Position numbers and translations under genes: made by a program. Shown here piece by piece: positions 10,659 through 21,585 of a stretch of 64,000 bases of DNA (its first letter is position 1; each line of letters starts with the position of its first letter). The stretch is from positions 1,408,001 through 1,472,000 of the forward strand of contig CAWJWJ010000002.1 of NCBI GenBank assembly GCA_963846575.1, read 5' to 3'. Source of the stretch: an uncultured Nitrospiraceae bacterium. GTDB lineage: Bacteria; Nitrospirota; Nitrospiria; Nitrospirales; Nitrospiraceae. The notes under the pieces were generated by a model. That model ran no database searches. It saw only the letters and a list, made by a program, of their open reading frames with translations, and was not told the origin of the DNA.

Positions 10659-11738
10659 ATGTCACGAAGTGCGAAACGCCCACTCGTCGTAGTGATCACA
10701 GGCGCTTCGGCCGGGGTCGGCCGGGCGGCCGTCCGTGAGTTTGCCAAGCATGGCGCCTGGATCGGCTTAGTGGCCCGTAGTCGGGATGGACTGGAGGGTG
10801 CGCGGCGGGAGGTCGAGGATCTGGGAGGCCGGGCTTTGGCCATTCCCACGGACGTGGCCTTCCCGGACCAGGTCGAAGCCGCGGCTGAGGCTGTGGAGAA
10901 GCAGTTCGGGGCTATCGACGTGTGGGTCAACAATGCGATGGCCTCGATTCTCTCCCCGGCCATGGATATTACGACCGACGAATTCCGGAGGGTCACGGAC
11001 GTGACGTACCTGGGATATGTCTATGGCACGATGGCTGCGCTCCGTCGGATGAAACCCCGCGACCGCGGGGTCATAGTACAGGTGGGATCGGCCCTGGCCT
11101 ATCGCTCTATCCCGCTCCAATCGGCCTATTGCGGGGCCAAACATGCGGTGCAAGGGTTCGTCGATTCGCTGCGCTGCGAACTCATTCACGACGGCAGTCA
11201 CGTGCAGCTCACGACCGTACAGCTCCCGGCGGTCAACACGCCCCAGTTCAGCTGGATCAAGTCACGCATGCCGCGCCATCCCCAGCCGGTGCCGCCGATC
11301 TATCAGCCGGAGGTCATTGCGAGGGCTATTTATTGGGCGGCCCATCATCGGCGGCGGGAAGTGTGCGTGGGGTGGCCGACCGTCAAGGCCATCATGGGTA
11401 ACAAGTTCATTCCGGGCCTCTTGGATCACTACCTCGCCTGGATCGGATATGGGGCGCAGCAAACGGATCAACGAATCGATCAGCGGCGCCCGAACAATTT
11501 ATTCACTCCGTTACCCGGCGACTATGGAGCGCATGGCAAGTTCGATGAGGGCGCGCGCGAGGAGAGTGTCCAGTTCTGGTTGAACCGTCACCGGGCATGG
11601 ATCGGGGCTGCGGCGGTCGGCCTGGCGGCCTATGCGGCGAAACGCTGGATGGACGGTCAGGCTGTTCAGCAGAGCAATCAAGAGACGGTGGCGCTCTCCA
11701 GCCCGAGGAGACGGATGAAGGAGGGAATCTATGGCTGA
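10659..11738 (+). CDS. SDR family oxidoreductase
   Basis: TGASAGVG, NNA, YCGAK motifs. Confidence 0.93.
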   Translation: MSRSAKRPLVVVITGASAGVGRAAVREFAKHGAWIGLVARSRDGLEGARREVEDLGGRALAIPTDVAFPDQVEAAAEAVEKQFGAIDVWVNNAMASILSPAMDITTDEFRRVTDVTYLGYVYGTMAALRRMKPRDRGVIVQVGSALAYRSIPLQSAYCGAKHAVQGFVDSLRCELIHDGSHVQLTTVQLPAVNTPQFSWIKSRMPRHPQPVPPIYQPEVIARAIYWAAHHRRREVCVGWPTVKAIMGNKFIPGLLDHYLAWIGYGAQQTDQRIDQRRPNNLFTPLPGDYGAHGKFDEGAREESVQFWLNRHRAWIGAAAVGLAAYAAKRWMDGQAVQQSNQETVALSSPRRRMKEGIYG

Positions 11739-12489
11739 TTATGAACGGTTCCTTTACGGCTTGGGTGGCGGAGCCCTGTTGTTCGGCGGATTGAAGCGCG
11801 GTGATCGCGTGGGGATGGCTGCGGCGGTCGCGGGTGCCGGACTGCTGTATTTGAGCGCCACGGGGCAGCGTCCCCTCGCGCGGGCGGCAGGCATTCGTGT
11901 GGTCGATACCCGTCATGGAGGACGTCGCATCGAAGTGGTGAAAAGCATGACCATCAACCGGCCGGTGGCGGAACTCTTTGCCTTCTGGCGAGATTTTCAG
12001 AATCTTCCGCGGATCATGCCGCATCTGCGTTCGGTGGACGTGCTCTCGAAGGATCGCTCCCATTGGGTCGCCAATGCGCCGGCAGGGTTGACCGTGGAAT
12101 GGAACGCTGAAATTGTAAACGAAAAACCCGACACCCTCATCGCCTGGCAGTCTTGCGAAGGCAGTGAGGTGGCCAATTGGGGCGTTGTTCGTTTCAGCGA
12201 GGTCCCGGGCGGGCGGGGAACCGAGGTGAAGGTGGAACTGGAATATGAATCGCCGGCCGGAACAACCGGCGCCGTACTGGCAAAGTTGTTCGGAGAGGAG
12301 CCGTCCCAACAAATTGAGGATGGATTACGGCGCTTCAAGCAGATCATGGAAACGGGAGAAGTTCCGACGGTGACCGGGCAGCCCCGGGGCCGTGAGGCGC
12401 AGACCCCGTCGGCGAGTCGATCGGCGGGACGATCGAGAAACGGCGTCGAAGCACTTCACTCCACGCAGAAAATGAGGTCGGTGCTATGA
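11731..12489 (+). CDS. SRPBCC/polyketide cyclase family protein
   Basis: [36 protein letters not shown]. Confidence 0.9.
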   Translation: MADYERFLYGLGGGALLFGGLKRGDRVGMAAAVAGAGLLYLSATGQRPLARAAGIRVVDTRHGGRRIEVVKSMTINRPVAELFAFWRDFQNLPRIMPHLRSVDVLSKDRSHWVANAPAGLTVEWNAEIVNEKPDTLIAWQSCEGSEVANWGVVRFSEVPGGRGTEVKVELEYESPAGTTGAVLAKLFGEEPSQQIEDGLRRFKQIMETGEVPTVTGQPRGREAQTPSASRSAGRSRNGVEALHSTQKMRSVL

Positions 12490-13658
12490 AAGCTGTCTGT
12501 TGGTATGGAACCAAGGATGTGCGTGTCGAAACCGTCGATGATCCTCATCTGATCAACCCGCACGATGCCATCGTGCGAGTGACCTTAACGGCCATCTGCG
12601 GCTCGGATCTGCATCTCTACAACGGCTACAACCCCTCCATGAAAAGCGGGGACATTCTCGGGCATGAATTTATGGGCGAGGTGGTCGCCATCGGACCGTC
12701 CGTCAAGACGGTCCAGGTCGGGGACCGCGTGGTCATTCCTTTCGCCATCGCCTGCGGAGAGTGTTTCTACTGCCGGCGGCAGCTCTGGTCACTCTGCGAC
12801 AACAGCAATCCCAATGCGGCGATGCTGGAAAAGCTTTATGGGGATTCGACGGCCGGGCTTTTCGGTTATTCGCACCTGTTCGGCGGCTATGCCGGCGGGC
12901 AGGCGGAGTACGTGCGGGTTCCGTTTGCCGACGTCGGTGCGCTGCGGGTGCCGCCCGAGTTCAACGACGAGCAGGTACTTTTCCTATCCGACATCTTTCC
13001 GACCGGCTACATGGCGGCGGAGAATTGTGCGATTCAACCTGGTGACACGGTGGCCGTGTGGGGCTGCGGCCCGGTCGGACAGTTCGCGATTCAGAGTGCG
13101 CGGATTCTCGGCGCGGAACGCGTCATTGCGATTGATCGATTTCCTGAGCGTCTCCGCCTGGCCCAGCAATGCGGGCGGACCGAGGTCATCAACTATGAGG
13201 ACGCGGACGATGTGCTCGATCGGCTACGGCAGATGACCGGAGGTCGAGGGCCGGATGCCTGTATCGACGCTGTCGGCATGGAAGCCCACGGCACGACGTG
13301 GGGAGCCTGGTATGATCGTGTGAAGCAAGCGACATATCTGGAGACCGACAGGCCGATTGCCCTCCGCGAATGCATCTACGCCTGCAGGAAGGGCGGCACG
13401 ATTTCGATTCCAGGGGTCTACAGCGGATTCATCGACAAGCTCCCGTTTGGGGCCGCGTTCGGCAAAGGATTGACGTTCAAGATGGGCCAGACCCATGTCC
13501 ATCGATACATGCGACCGCTCCTGGAATTGATTCAGACAGGCGCCATCGACCCCTCGTTCCTGATTACGCATCGCATTCCCCTCAGTCAGGCGCGAGAGGC
13601 CTATGACATGTTCTGCAATAAAGAGGATTCCTGTATCAAGGTAGTGCTCACGCCCTAA
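12486..13658 (+). CDS. zinc-dependent alcohol/formaldehyde dehydrogenase (YbdR-like MDR)
   Basis: ICGSDLH, GHEFMG, CGECFYC..C, SDIFPTG, GCGPVG. Confidence 0.93.
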   Translation: MKAVCWYGTKDVRVETVDDPHLINPHDAIVRVTLTAICGSDLHLYNGYNPSMKSGDILGHEFMGEVVAIGPSVKTVQVGDRVVIPFAIACGECFYCRRQLWSLCDNSNPNAAMLEKLYGDSTAGLFGYSHLFGGYAGGQAEYVRVPFADVGALRVPPEFNDEQVLFLSDIFPTGYMAAENCAIQPGDTVAVWGCGPVGQFAIQSARILGAERVIAIDRFPERLRLAQQCGRTEVINYEDADDVLDRLRQMTGGRGPDACIDAVGMEAHGTTWGAWYDRVKQATYLETDRPIALRECIYACRKGGTISIPGVYSGFIDKLPFGAAFGKGLTFKMGQTHVHRYMRPLLELIQTGAIDPSFLITHRIPLSQAREAYDMFCNKEDSCIKVVLTP

Positions 13659-13722
13659 GGACGGCTCATGCGATTCAGGTTCGACGGAGGACCGGAGCGG
13701 TCACTCCTCAAAGCGGGGGACG

Positions 13723-14256
13723 ATGAAAGATAAAGCGGTCTTTTTCGCGACAGCGGGCATGGTCTGGTGCGACGACCTCTCTTCCGGTGTGCCCTCGGCG
13801 ACCCTCAGTCCGGGGGAGTGGAAGGCGCTGCGCCTCCTGACGCTTGCCGGCTATAACATCGTACTGTTTACGCCTGAAAAAACGACCGTCTATGCGGACG
13901 TCCAGGATGTCCGTCTGACCGACGGAGGGGTGATCAGGTCCGCTCGCCCGGTCGCGCAGCGGCGGGATGCACTGAGAAGACGCGTTAGGCCGTTGCTCCA
14001 GGCAACGGCAACGTTGCAGATCGATTTGACTCACTCCTGGATGGTCGGCGACAGGCTCGATGGTATCGAAGCAGGCCGCATCGTGGGGTGTAAAACGGTC
14101 TTGCTGACCGATGGAAGTGAGCGTGACTGGGATATGACGGCCACACGGTGGCCGGACCTCATCGCGGGGGACTTGTGGGAAATCGCCTGTTTGATTGTGA
14201 TGTCCGACGGGTCGTCCGTCGAGGGCCTTTCAGGCAGCCTCGAAGACGATTGCTAG
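13723..14256 (+). CDS. degenerate HAD IIIA (GmhB/HisB-N-like) protein
   Basis: IDLTHSWMVGDRLDGIEAGRIVGCKTVL motif is retained; motif I reads FFATAG. Confidence 0.75.
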   Translation: MKDKAVFFATAGMVWCDDLSSGVPSATLSPGEWKALRLLTLAGYNIVLFTPEKTTVYADVQDVRLTDGGVIRSARPVAQRRDALRRRVRPLLQATATLQIDLTHSWMVGDRLDGIEAGRIVGCKTVLLTDGSERDWDMTATRWPDLIAGDLWEIACLIVMSDGSSVEGLSGSLEDDC

Positions 14257-14312
14257 TCCGGGCCGCTCACGTGGGCACGCTTCTCCGAACGATCGCGAAC
14301 CCCCATAGACTC

Positions 14313-14534
14313 TTAGCGTACGAGGCCCACGACGCCGATTCGAATCCGGGCACCTCGCTTGTGCCATTCCTCTTTGGGATCCCGCTCGCGGCCCCGGTTC
14401 TCGCAAATAAGCTGGTCAACGATCTCTCCACAAGCAAAACATCTCCAGGCGGCTGGTTGCTGGTTGACTGGCCCGCCTCCCCAATCGCGGAGTTCGACAG
14501 GAAACATCAGACTGCGGCATCGTTGACACTGCAT
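14313..14534 (-). CDS. small zinc-finger protein
   Basis: CQRC...WRCFACGEIVD; GAGGTG RBS. Confidence 0.75.
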   Translation of the reverse strand: MQCQRCRSLMFPVELRDWGGGPVNQQPAAWRCFACGEIVDQLICENRGRERDPKEEWHKRGARIRIGVVGLVR

Positions 14535-14560
14535 AAGTTCACCTCTTGTTTGGTTAACCC

Positions 14561-14681
14561 ATCGTAGAAAGTGCCTCCTTCATTTGGCACTAGGATCTAC
14601 CCTAGTAATCATGACCTCGCTACGTGGGACAGCCTCAAGGGCTCTACCTAGTGGGAAAACGGGCGGCCGACTCCGTACATT
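14561..14681. promoter_or_regulatory. two CTAG boxes with divergent -10s
   Basis: CTAGGATCTACCCTAG 14590-14605 (minus TACGAT 14561-14566, gap 23); CAAGGGCTCTACCTAG 14636-14651 (plus TACATT 14676-14681, gap 24). Confidence 0.75.
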
Positions 14682-14845
14682 ACCGTAACCGTACATTCAT
14701 TTCTGGCCGGGTAGGCACTGCCTCTGACCCTTCACGCGTGTCACGCGTGGCGTCGGGAGCCAGTCTCTCATCAACTCGCCAGCCCTGGTTAGATCTGGCC
14801 GGCGTCAGCCAGCTGTCCATTCGGCCCTGGCTGGGACTGAAGATC

Positions 14846-14886
14846 GGCGAACGAAGGTCTCTTTTGGCGAACGGAAGGTCTCTTTT
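14846..14886. repeat. 20/21-bp tandem duplication before a start codon
   Basis: GGCGAACG(G)AAGGTCTCTTTT twice. Confidence 0.85.
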
Positions 14887-14887
14887 C

Positions 14888-16576
14888 ATGTGGTGCATCA
14901 CCGCACGAGTACGATTCATGATCGTCTGTCTCTTGCCCCTGTTGTTCAGCGTCGGATGCAGCGAGATACCAGCACCCACCCCGGCGATCTCGACGGCGAA
15001 CGAACAACATGTTCGTTTTCTGCACCTGGCCGACATGCATGCCCAGTTGGAGGAACATTGGGAGTTCTTTCCGGAGCATCCGGAACAACTCCGCCGTATG
15101 GGCGGCTTCGCGCGTATCAGATCTGTTTTGGAGCAGAAGCGCCGGGAATTTCCTGGTGCGGTGTTCACGATGGATGGCGGGGATACCTTTCAGGGCTCCG
15201 CCCTCGCGGCATGGACCGAGGGCGCCGCCGTTATTCCTCCGCTCAACGCGCTGGGGATCGATGTCGGAGTGCCTGGCAATTGGGATGTCGTCTATGGTCC
15301 GGCTGTCTTTCGGAAGTTATACGCGGACGTAAATTTCACCGTGGTCTGTTACAACTTCCATGAGACGGGGAGCGGCGCGCGTCTCTTTCCTCCGGCCACC
15401 GTGCTGGAACGAAACGGGGTGCGGGTGGCTTTCGTCGGAGTGACCGATCCTACTACCACCGTCCGGCAACCTCCGGCCGAAGTCGTGGGTCTCGACTCGA
15501 CCCGGATGGAGGGACTGCGCCGGTTCGTGCAGGACCTTCGCGAACGGGAACGCCCCGATCTCGTCGTGCTCGTCGACCATACGGGACTGGCGCCCTCCGT
15601 CCAACTGGCCCAGGACATTCCGGAGTTTGACATCGTCTTCAGCGGGCACACCCATGAACGGGTGTATGAACCGATCCATGTCGGGCGGACGATCGTGGTC
15701 GAGCCGGGATCGATGGGGTCGTTTCTCGGACAGCTGGATGTCACGCTGCAGGAAGGCCGCATCACCGCCTCGCGTTTCGAGCTCGTCGAGATTGATGCCA
15801 CGCGTTTTCCTGAAGACCAGCAGGTCAAGGAGCTCATTCAAGCGGCAAAGGCTCCCTTCGAGTCACGTTTGCGGGAGGTGGTCGGCGAAACCAGGAACAT
15901 CGTGAGGCGGTACGACGTGCTCGATGCCACGATGGACAATCTCATTGCCGATGCGGTTCGCGAGGCTACCGCGAGCGAGATCGCCTTTACGAACGGATTT
16001 CGTTTCTCGCCGCCGATTCCTCCCGGCCCGATCACCGAGGCCGATCTCTGGAACATGTTGCCGCTGGACGCGCGGCTCAAAACCGGCCGGGTGACCGGCA
16101 AGCAGCTTGGGGAATATCTGGAGCAGGAAATGGAGCTCGTGTTTGCCCAGGATCCCTTGGCCCTGTCAGGAGGTTGGGGCCCGCGCCCCTCCGGGCTGGA
16201 GATGCAATTCATTGCGAAGGCTCAGAAGGGGGAGCGGGTGCAGCACGTGCGGATCCACGGGATCCCGCTGGAAGCGGAACGGTCATACACGATCGGTGGT
16301 TGCGAGCGAGACGGAGAGCCCATGGACATCATCTGCCGGTTGCGAGGAGTACAGGACCCGCAGTATGTTCCGGGCACGATTCACAGCGTATTGAAAGCGT
16401 ATCTCACACGGCATTCCCCCCTTTCGCTTGAACCTGAACGACGGGTCCGGGCCTTAGACCTTCCTGCTCCACTGTGGTCGCAGTACGGCACCTTACAAAA
16501 CCTATGGTCGATTCCAGGCAATGCCTCCGCGGTGAAAGTACCGGGTGTCCCTTCAACGAAGTCTCAGGGGCAGTAG
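14888..16576 (+). CDS. SoxB-like / 5'-nucleotidase-family metallophosphoesterase, probable lipoprotein
   Basis: DMHAQ, GGFARI, DGGDTFQGS, GNWD, SGHTHE, NGFRF; lipobox-like FSVGC; start may be 14888 or 14918. Confidence 0.85.
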   Translation: MWCITARVRFMIVCLLPLLFSVGCSEIPAPTPAISTANEQHVRFLHLADMHAQLEEHWEFFPEHPEQLRRMGGFARIRSVLEQKRREFPGAVFTMDGGDTFQGSALAAWTEGAAVIPPLNALGIDVGVPGNWDVVYGPAVFRKLYADVNFTVVCYNFHETGSGARLFPPATVLERNGVRVAFVGVTDPTTTVRQPPAEVVGLDSTRMEGLRRFVQDLRERERPDLVVLVDHTGLAPSVQLAQDIPEFDIVFSGHTHERVYEPIHVGRTIVVEPGSMGSFLGQLDVTLQEGRITASRFELVEIDATRFPEDQQVKELIQAAKAPFESRLREVVGETRNIVRRYDVLDATMDNLIADAVREATASEIAFTNGFRFSPPIPPGPITEADLWNMLPLDARLKTGRVTGKQLGEYLEQEMELVFAQDPLALSGGWGPRPSGLEMQFIAKAQKGERVQHVRIHGIPLEAERSYTIGGCERDGEPMDIICRLRGVQDPQYVPGTIHSVLKAYLTRHSPLSLEPERRVRALDLPAPLWSQYGTLQNLWSIPGNASAVKVPGVPSTKSQGQ

Positions 16577-16624
16577 CGGCACAGGGTTCACATCTACATT
16601 CTGTTGAGGAAGGAGGATACAGGC

Positions 16625-17209
16625 ATGGCACAGTCTTTTGTGTATCGAATCACGCGAAGGGTGCTCGGGCTCAGGGGTTCAACGGCTGCGGCCAGTGCAA
16701 TTTGTCTTGCTGTCGCACTCATGCCGGCCGGCATGTCGTGGGCAGAGGATGTGGGTTCCCTCGTGCAGCAGGCCCAGCAGCAATTGACCATTGCCATTCA
16801 GCAGGCCGAAGCATCACTGCAACCGCACCAACCGGGCAGCGGGCACACGAAACAGCACATGCAACAGGTGATCAATGTGCTTGAAGGACGGAACGGAAAG
16901 AATTATAACGCCAAGGTTGAGAGTCCCGGCGATGGCGAAGGCGTGACCAAACGGCTTAAGATGGCAGACGAGAAGGTGAAAGGCGATCACGGTTCCAAAG
17001 ATATCCAGCAGGCTCTCGATCAGACCATGTCTTTGGTCCAAGAAGCGATTCAGCACGCCAAGCGGTCTGTGCAGGGGGCTGATGTGGATGAAACCCACAG
17101 GTACGCAGGATTGACGGCCGGCCTTCTGATTGCCGCAGCCGGCCGCCCGGATAGCGAATCTCCGATCACCGGATCTCTAGCCTATCTCGCTAAACAGGCA
17201 GGGAAATAG
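16625..17209 (+). CDS. exported helical His/Gln-rich hypothetical protein
   Basis: GGAGG RBS; signal peptide with TRRVL and SWA cleavage. Confidence 0.75.
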   Translation: MAQSFVYRITRRVLGLRGSTAAASAICLAVALMPAGMSWAEDVGSLVQQAQQQLTIAIQQAEASLQPHQPGSGHTKQHMQQVINVLEGRNGKNYNAKVESPGDGEGVTKRLKMADEKVKGDHGSKDIQQALDQTMSLVQEAIQHAKRSVQGADVDETHRYAGLTAGLLIAAAGRPDSESPITGSLAYLAKQAGK

Positions 17210-17366
17210 AATCTACGAAGGAGCGGAACATAGGATGGAGCCATGGACGGCTGGATGAGCAGGGAGAACCAGGCGATTGTTCGAGCGGGTTGGGCAGAGT
17301 GGTAATCAAGCAGGGTGTTAATCATCAGCGGCATACGATCACGGGAATCGGATCGAGAAAGGAATC

Positions 17367-17930
17367 ATGGTCACGATAGGGAAAATCATACCGGAGGGCA
17401 CGTATCAGGCCTACCACGAGGAGAAGATTCGTCCGGTTGTGTTGAGTGAGTTTCGGGGGCGATGGGTCATCCTTCTGTTTTATCCGGGCGATTTCACATT
17501 CGTCTGTCCCACCGAGCTGGCCGAGATGGCCCGGTTGTATCCTGAGTTCACGAAGCTGAGCGCCGAGGTCTGCGGGGTCAGTACCGATTCTGCTTATGTC
17601 CATAAAGCTTGGCATGATCATTCCCCGACGATGCGTAAGGTGACCTTTCCTTTCCTCGCGGATCCCACCGGGTCGCTTTCGCGGGCATTCGGCGTGTATC
17701 TCGAAGATGAGGGTGTGGCCCTGCGGGGAACCTTCCTGATCGATCCCGACGGAGTCCTGCGTGCCTATGAAGTGCACGATAACAGCATCGGACGGCATGC
17801 CGGCGAAATGCTGAGAAAGTTGCAGGCGGCCATACGGGTGCGGGAAGGGGAGGGTGAGGTCTGTCCGGCCAGTTGGCAACCGGGACAAGCCACGCTCACG
17901 CCGAGCCTCGATCTCGTCGGAAAAATCTAG
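17367..17930 (+). CDS. ahpC: 2-Cys peroxiredoxin
   Basis: DFTFVCPTE and EVCPASW motifs. Confidence 0.95.
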   Translation: MVTIGKIIPEGTYQAYHEEKIRPVVLSEFRGRWVILLFYPGDFTFVCPTELAEMARLYPEFTKLSAEVCGVSTDSAYVHKAWHDHSPTMRKVTFPFLADPTGSLSRAFGVYLEDEGVALRGTFLIDPDGVLRAYEVHDNSIGRHAGEMLRKLQAAIRVREGEGEVCPASWQPGQATLTPSLDLVGKI

Positions 17931-19290
17931 GCCTGCCCGGCCAGCCGGTTCCACACACGGCCTTGCGCGGCGGTGATGACGTCCAGCGCGGCCCGCAGTC
18001 CGCTTTCCACGGCGCCGTTCATATAGCCCTGCCAGCGGACGCTGGTGTGTTCCCCGCGAAAAAACAGCGTCCATGAGGTCGTGCGAGCCATTGGCGTAGC
18101 GCGGGATCGTAGGAGGTGGTGAAGGCCGCGTAGCCACCTCCTGCCCAGGGGTCCTCTTCCCAGGTGATCTGCCGGAATGTCATGAGCTCGCGGGGAGCGG
18201 ATCCGAGCCAAGTGAGGGCGGCCACCGTTTGTTCGATCCCGCCTTCAGCAAACGAGTCCCGGGCGGCCCGGCTGGCCGATCCGCCGGCCATCAGCGTCAG
18301 AATGCCCATCCGTCCGGGCTGTTCTTCGTTGGCCTCCCAGATCGTCCCGATGGGAAGGTCGCTGGCGTAGGCTCTCGTGCGGCGCTTTCCGCGCCAGAAC
18401 CGTCGGGTGAATTGAAGCAGCGTTTTGGTCGCCGGCCCGTAAGGCAGGGTCGTGATCGCCTGACGCAGCGGGTTCGGAAGGGGAGGGTCGAAGCAGAGGG
18501 AACGAGCGGTCGTGGCTGGCACCGCCAGCACGGCATAATCCGCCCGTATCGTGCTGTGCCCGCCGCTCCTGTCGCGGACCGTAAGAAACAGGTGCTTGCC
18601 GGACTGCGCGATCTTCACGGCCTCGGTACTCAGATGAATGGACTTGCCCGGGAGCGCTGCCAATCCTTCCACCAACCGGTCGGCGCCTCCCTCCACCCGG
18701 TACAGCCGTCCCTGCCCGGGGATGCCGGCGATGAGTTGTTCCACGAGAACGAGCAGGGAAAGCTCGGAGGGATCGAGCAGAAAAAATCCCCGGAGTCCGC
18801 GCAGCATCGCGCCGAGTTCCTTTCCGGCGCCGACATGCTCGAGCCATTCGGCCGCCGAGATGCGGGCCAGTTGATGCGCGACGGAACTGTCCCAGCGCTC
18901 GTCGGCGAGCCGGTAGGCCCGGATGAATGGCGAGAGCTGTCGACGAAGATCGGCCCAGAGTTCAGATCCTGGCCTGAACCGCGGTACGGCGGTCTTCTGT
19001 CGGGCGGCGAACAGAAATCCCTGCGTCAGGACGGGGGTTATGTTCAGGTTGAGTTGGCCCGCCAGTTGTCGAATCTCCACTTGGTCTTCATCGATGAATT
19101 CGCCGCCGGCTTCGGCATGTTGACCACCGAGGAAGCCGTCCCGGATGGTCCGGACCCGGCCTCCGATGCGATCCCGGGCTTCAATCACCGTCACGGTGGC
19201 CCCGTCGCGCGATAGTTCGACGGCCGCCGTGAGGCCGGCCAGTCCCGCACCGACCACGACGACCGTTCGACCCCGGAGATAGGAAGTCAT
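17927..19290 (-). pseudogene. flavin monoamine oxidase family gene with a single-base frameshift near 18052-18055 (or an assembly error)
   Basis: GAGLAG, EARDRIGGR, EAGGE; the C-terminal GEHTS..GYMNGAVESG lies in another frame. Confidence 0.8.
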
Positions 19291-19677
19291 ACCATCACCG
19301 CTCCGCCGTACCCGTGTGAGACCATTCTGTCACAGGGAATCGGTCCGGCACCGGGTCGATGATCCTCATCACACAGCCCTTGAAGGCGCGCACCGGGGAG
19401 CACTCGATGCTCGCCGTCATGTTGAGCGTGGGCCCGCCAAGGTGGTGGTAGACAGACCGGAAGCGAGTCATGGTGCTCAGGCCATCGTCGATCTGCCACG
19501 TGCCCTCTCCGCACAGAGCGGGTGACATCGCCCTCCTTCGACGTCACGTGCCGATCGTCCGTCGATGTGGTCGTCCGCAAGGGAATTGTCAGCATGTATC
19601 GTTTCGTCCGGCTTGCACGGGACAACCGGTTCATGGTCATCTTGGATCACCGACAGCCAGAGGAGCAAGGTATCTTC

Positions 19678-21555
19678 ATGACAGAGTCTCAATCGCATGT
19701 GCTCGACATCGGTGCGACGCTCATTCATGGCAAGGGGGTCCGTTTCAGGGTCTGGGCTCCCCACGCGAAGGATGTGGCGGTCAAGGTTACCGCGCCCGAG
19801 GAGCGCCTGGTCCCGTTGACACCAAGCCGGACGGGGTATTTTGAAGGTTTCGTGAAGGGGCTGCAGGCGGACAGTCGATACCTCTATGTCCTCGATGGCG
19901 CGAAGAGCCGACCCGACCCTGCCTCGCGGTGTCAGCCCGATGGCGTTCACGGACCCTCCGCGGTAGTCGATCCGAAGGCCTTCGACTGGACGGACCGTGC
20001 TTGGCGGGGAATGCCGCTCCGGGACTTTGTCCTGTACGAGTTGCATGTCGGGACGTTCACGGAAGCCGGGACCTTCGATGCGGTCATTCCCCACCTCCGG
20101 TATTTGAAACAGGATGTCGGGGTGACGGCGGTCGAGTTGATGCCGGTCGCGCAATTTCCCGGCGCGCGCAACTGGGGGTATGACGGCGTGTACCCCTTCG
20201 CGCCTCAGAACAGTTACGGGGGTCCCGCAGGCCTCAAACGGTTGATCAATGCCTGTCATGAACAGGGGCTAGCCGTCGTGATGGATGTGGTCTACAACCA
20301 CCTCGGTCCGGAAGGTAACTACCTCCATGATTACGGGCCATACTTTACCGATCGCTATCGCACGCCCTGGGGGCAGGCGATCAACTATGACGGTCCGGAC
20401 AGCGACGCGGTACGGGAGTTTTTTATCAGCAACGCGCTCTTCTGGGTCATGGAATACCATGTCGATGCGCTCCGGCTGGACGCCATCCATGGAATGTTTG
20501 ACTTCGGTGCCACACACGTGTTGCAGGAATTGTCCCGGGCCGTCCATGCGGAGGCCACACGCTTGCACCGCGCGGTGCAGGTGATCGCTGAAAGCGATTT
20601 GAACGATACCCGGGTCATCGCGCCCGCGTCCATCGGAGGTCATGGTTGTGACGCGCAATGGAGCGACGATTTCCACCACGCGCTTCGCGTGGTCCTCACG
20701 AAGGAAAACCAGGGCTACTATCAGGACTTCACCGGCATGGCCGATCTCGCCCAGGCGATCCGGCAGGGATTTGTGTATGCCGGGCGGTACTCGGCCTGCC
20801 GCCGCCGCCGTCACGGCCATTCCCCCAAGGCGGTCCCGCCGTCGCAATTCGTCGTGTTCTCTCAGAACCACGACCAGGTGGGCAATCGCGCAGACGGGGA
20901 GCGGTTGACCACGCAGCTCCCTACGCAGGCCTTGAAGGCTGCCGCCGCCCTGGTCTTGCTCTCTCCCAATATCCCGTTGCTGTTCATGGGGGAGGAATAC
21001 GGGGAGGAGGCGCCGTTTCTCTACTTCATCGACCACGGCGATCCCGAACTGGTTGAAGCCGTCAGAAAGGGGCGACGGAGAGAGTTCGGCCATTTCGGGT
21101 GGCGGGAGGAAGACGTTCCGGATCCCTATGCCGTCTCCACATACGAACGGAGCCGGGTGCATCCGGGTGTCGCACGGGACGACCGCTCGGCAGACTTGTT
21201 ACGGTGGTATCGCGCACTCACCCATCTCCGGCAACAGTACCCCGTGCTGGGCGCCGGTACCGACGGCCAGCACCATGATGTCCTCTGGTCCGAGGAGGAC
21301 GGGCCGGTGCTGATGGTACACCGCCGGACGGATGAAGGTTCAGCGGCCTTGCTGGTGGTGGGACTGAATGAGAGCCCTCTCTCCTTCACCCTTCGTCGGC
21401 CTATCGGTGCCTGGACCTTGAAGCTGAGCGCGGGGCAGCCGGATGGCACGGGTGAAGACGGCCTGTTCCCGGCGGCGCTGGATGTCCAGGAAGCAGGCCG
21501 GACCATTCTTCTTCCGCCGTTTGCCGTGGCGGTTTATCTTTCCTCGGGGTGCTGA
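19678..21555 (+). CDS. treZ: malto-oligosyltrehalose trehalohydrolase
   Basis: FRVWAP, YELHVGTF, NWGYDG, LRLDAIH, IAES, QNHDQVGNR. Confidence 0.95.
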   Translation: MTESQSHVLDIGATLIHGKGVRFRVWAPHAKDVAVKVTAPEERLVPLTPSRTGYFEGFVKGLQADSRYLYVLDGAKSRPDPASRCQPDGVHGPSAVVDPKAFDWTDRAWRGMPLRDFVLYELHVGTFTEAGTFDAVIPHLRYLKQDVGVTAVELMPVAQFPGARNWGYDGVYPFAPQNSYGGPAGLKRLINACHEQGLAVVMDVVYNHLGPEGNYLHDYGPYFTDRYRTPWGQAINYDGPDSDAVREFFISNALFWVMEYHVDALRLDAIHGMFDFGATHVLQELSRAVHAEATRLHRAVQVIAESDLNDTRVIAPASIGGHGCDAQWSDDFHHALRVVLTKENQGYYQDFTGMADLAQAIRQGFVYAGRYSACRRRRHGHSPKAVPPSQFVVFSQNHDQVGNRADGERLTTQLPTQALKAAAALVLLSPNIPLLFMGEEYGEEAPFLYFIDHGDPELVEAVRKGRRREFGHFGWREEDVPDPYAVSTYERSRVHPGVARDDRSADLLRWYRALTHLRQQYPVLGAGTDGQHHDVLWSEEDGPVLMVHRRTDEGSAALLVVGLNESPLSFTLRRPIGAWTLKLSAGQPDGTGEDGLFPAALDVQEAGRTILLPPFAVAVYLSSGC

Positions 21556-21585
21556 TTGGCTTGCTGAATCGTGCACGCGTAACAC

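Noticed and set aside
19287..19640. Minus-strand ORFs upstream of the amine oxidase
   Set aside because: No recognisable motifs or clear RBS; likely intergenic or remnant DNA
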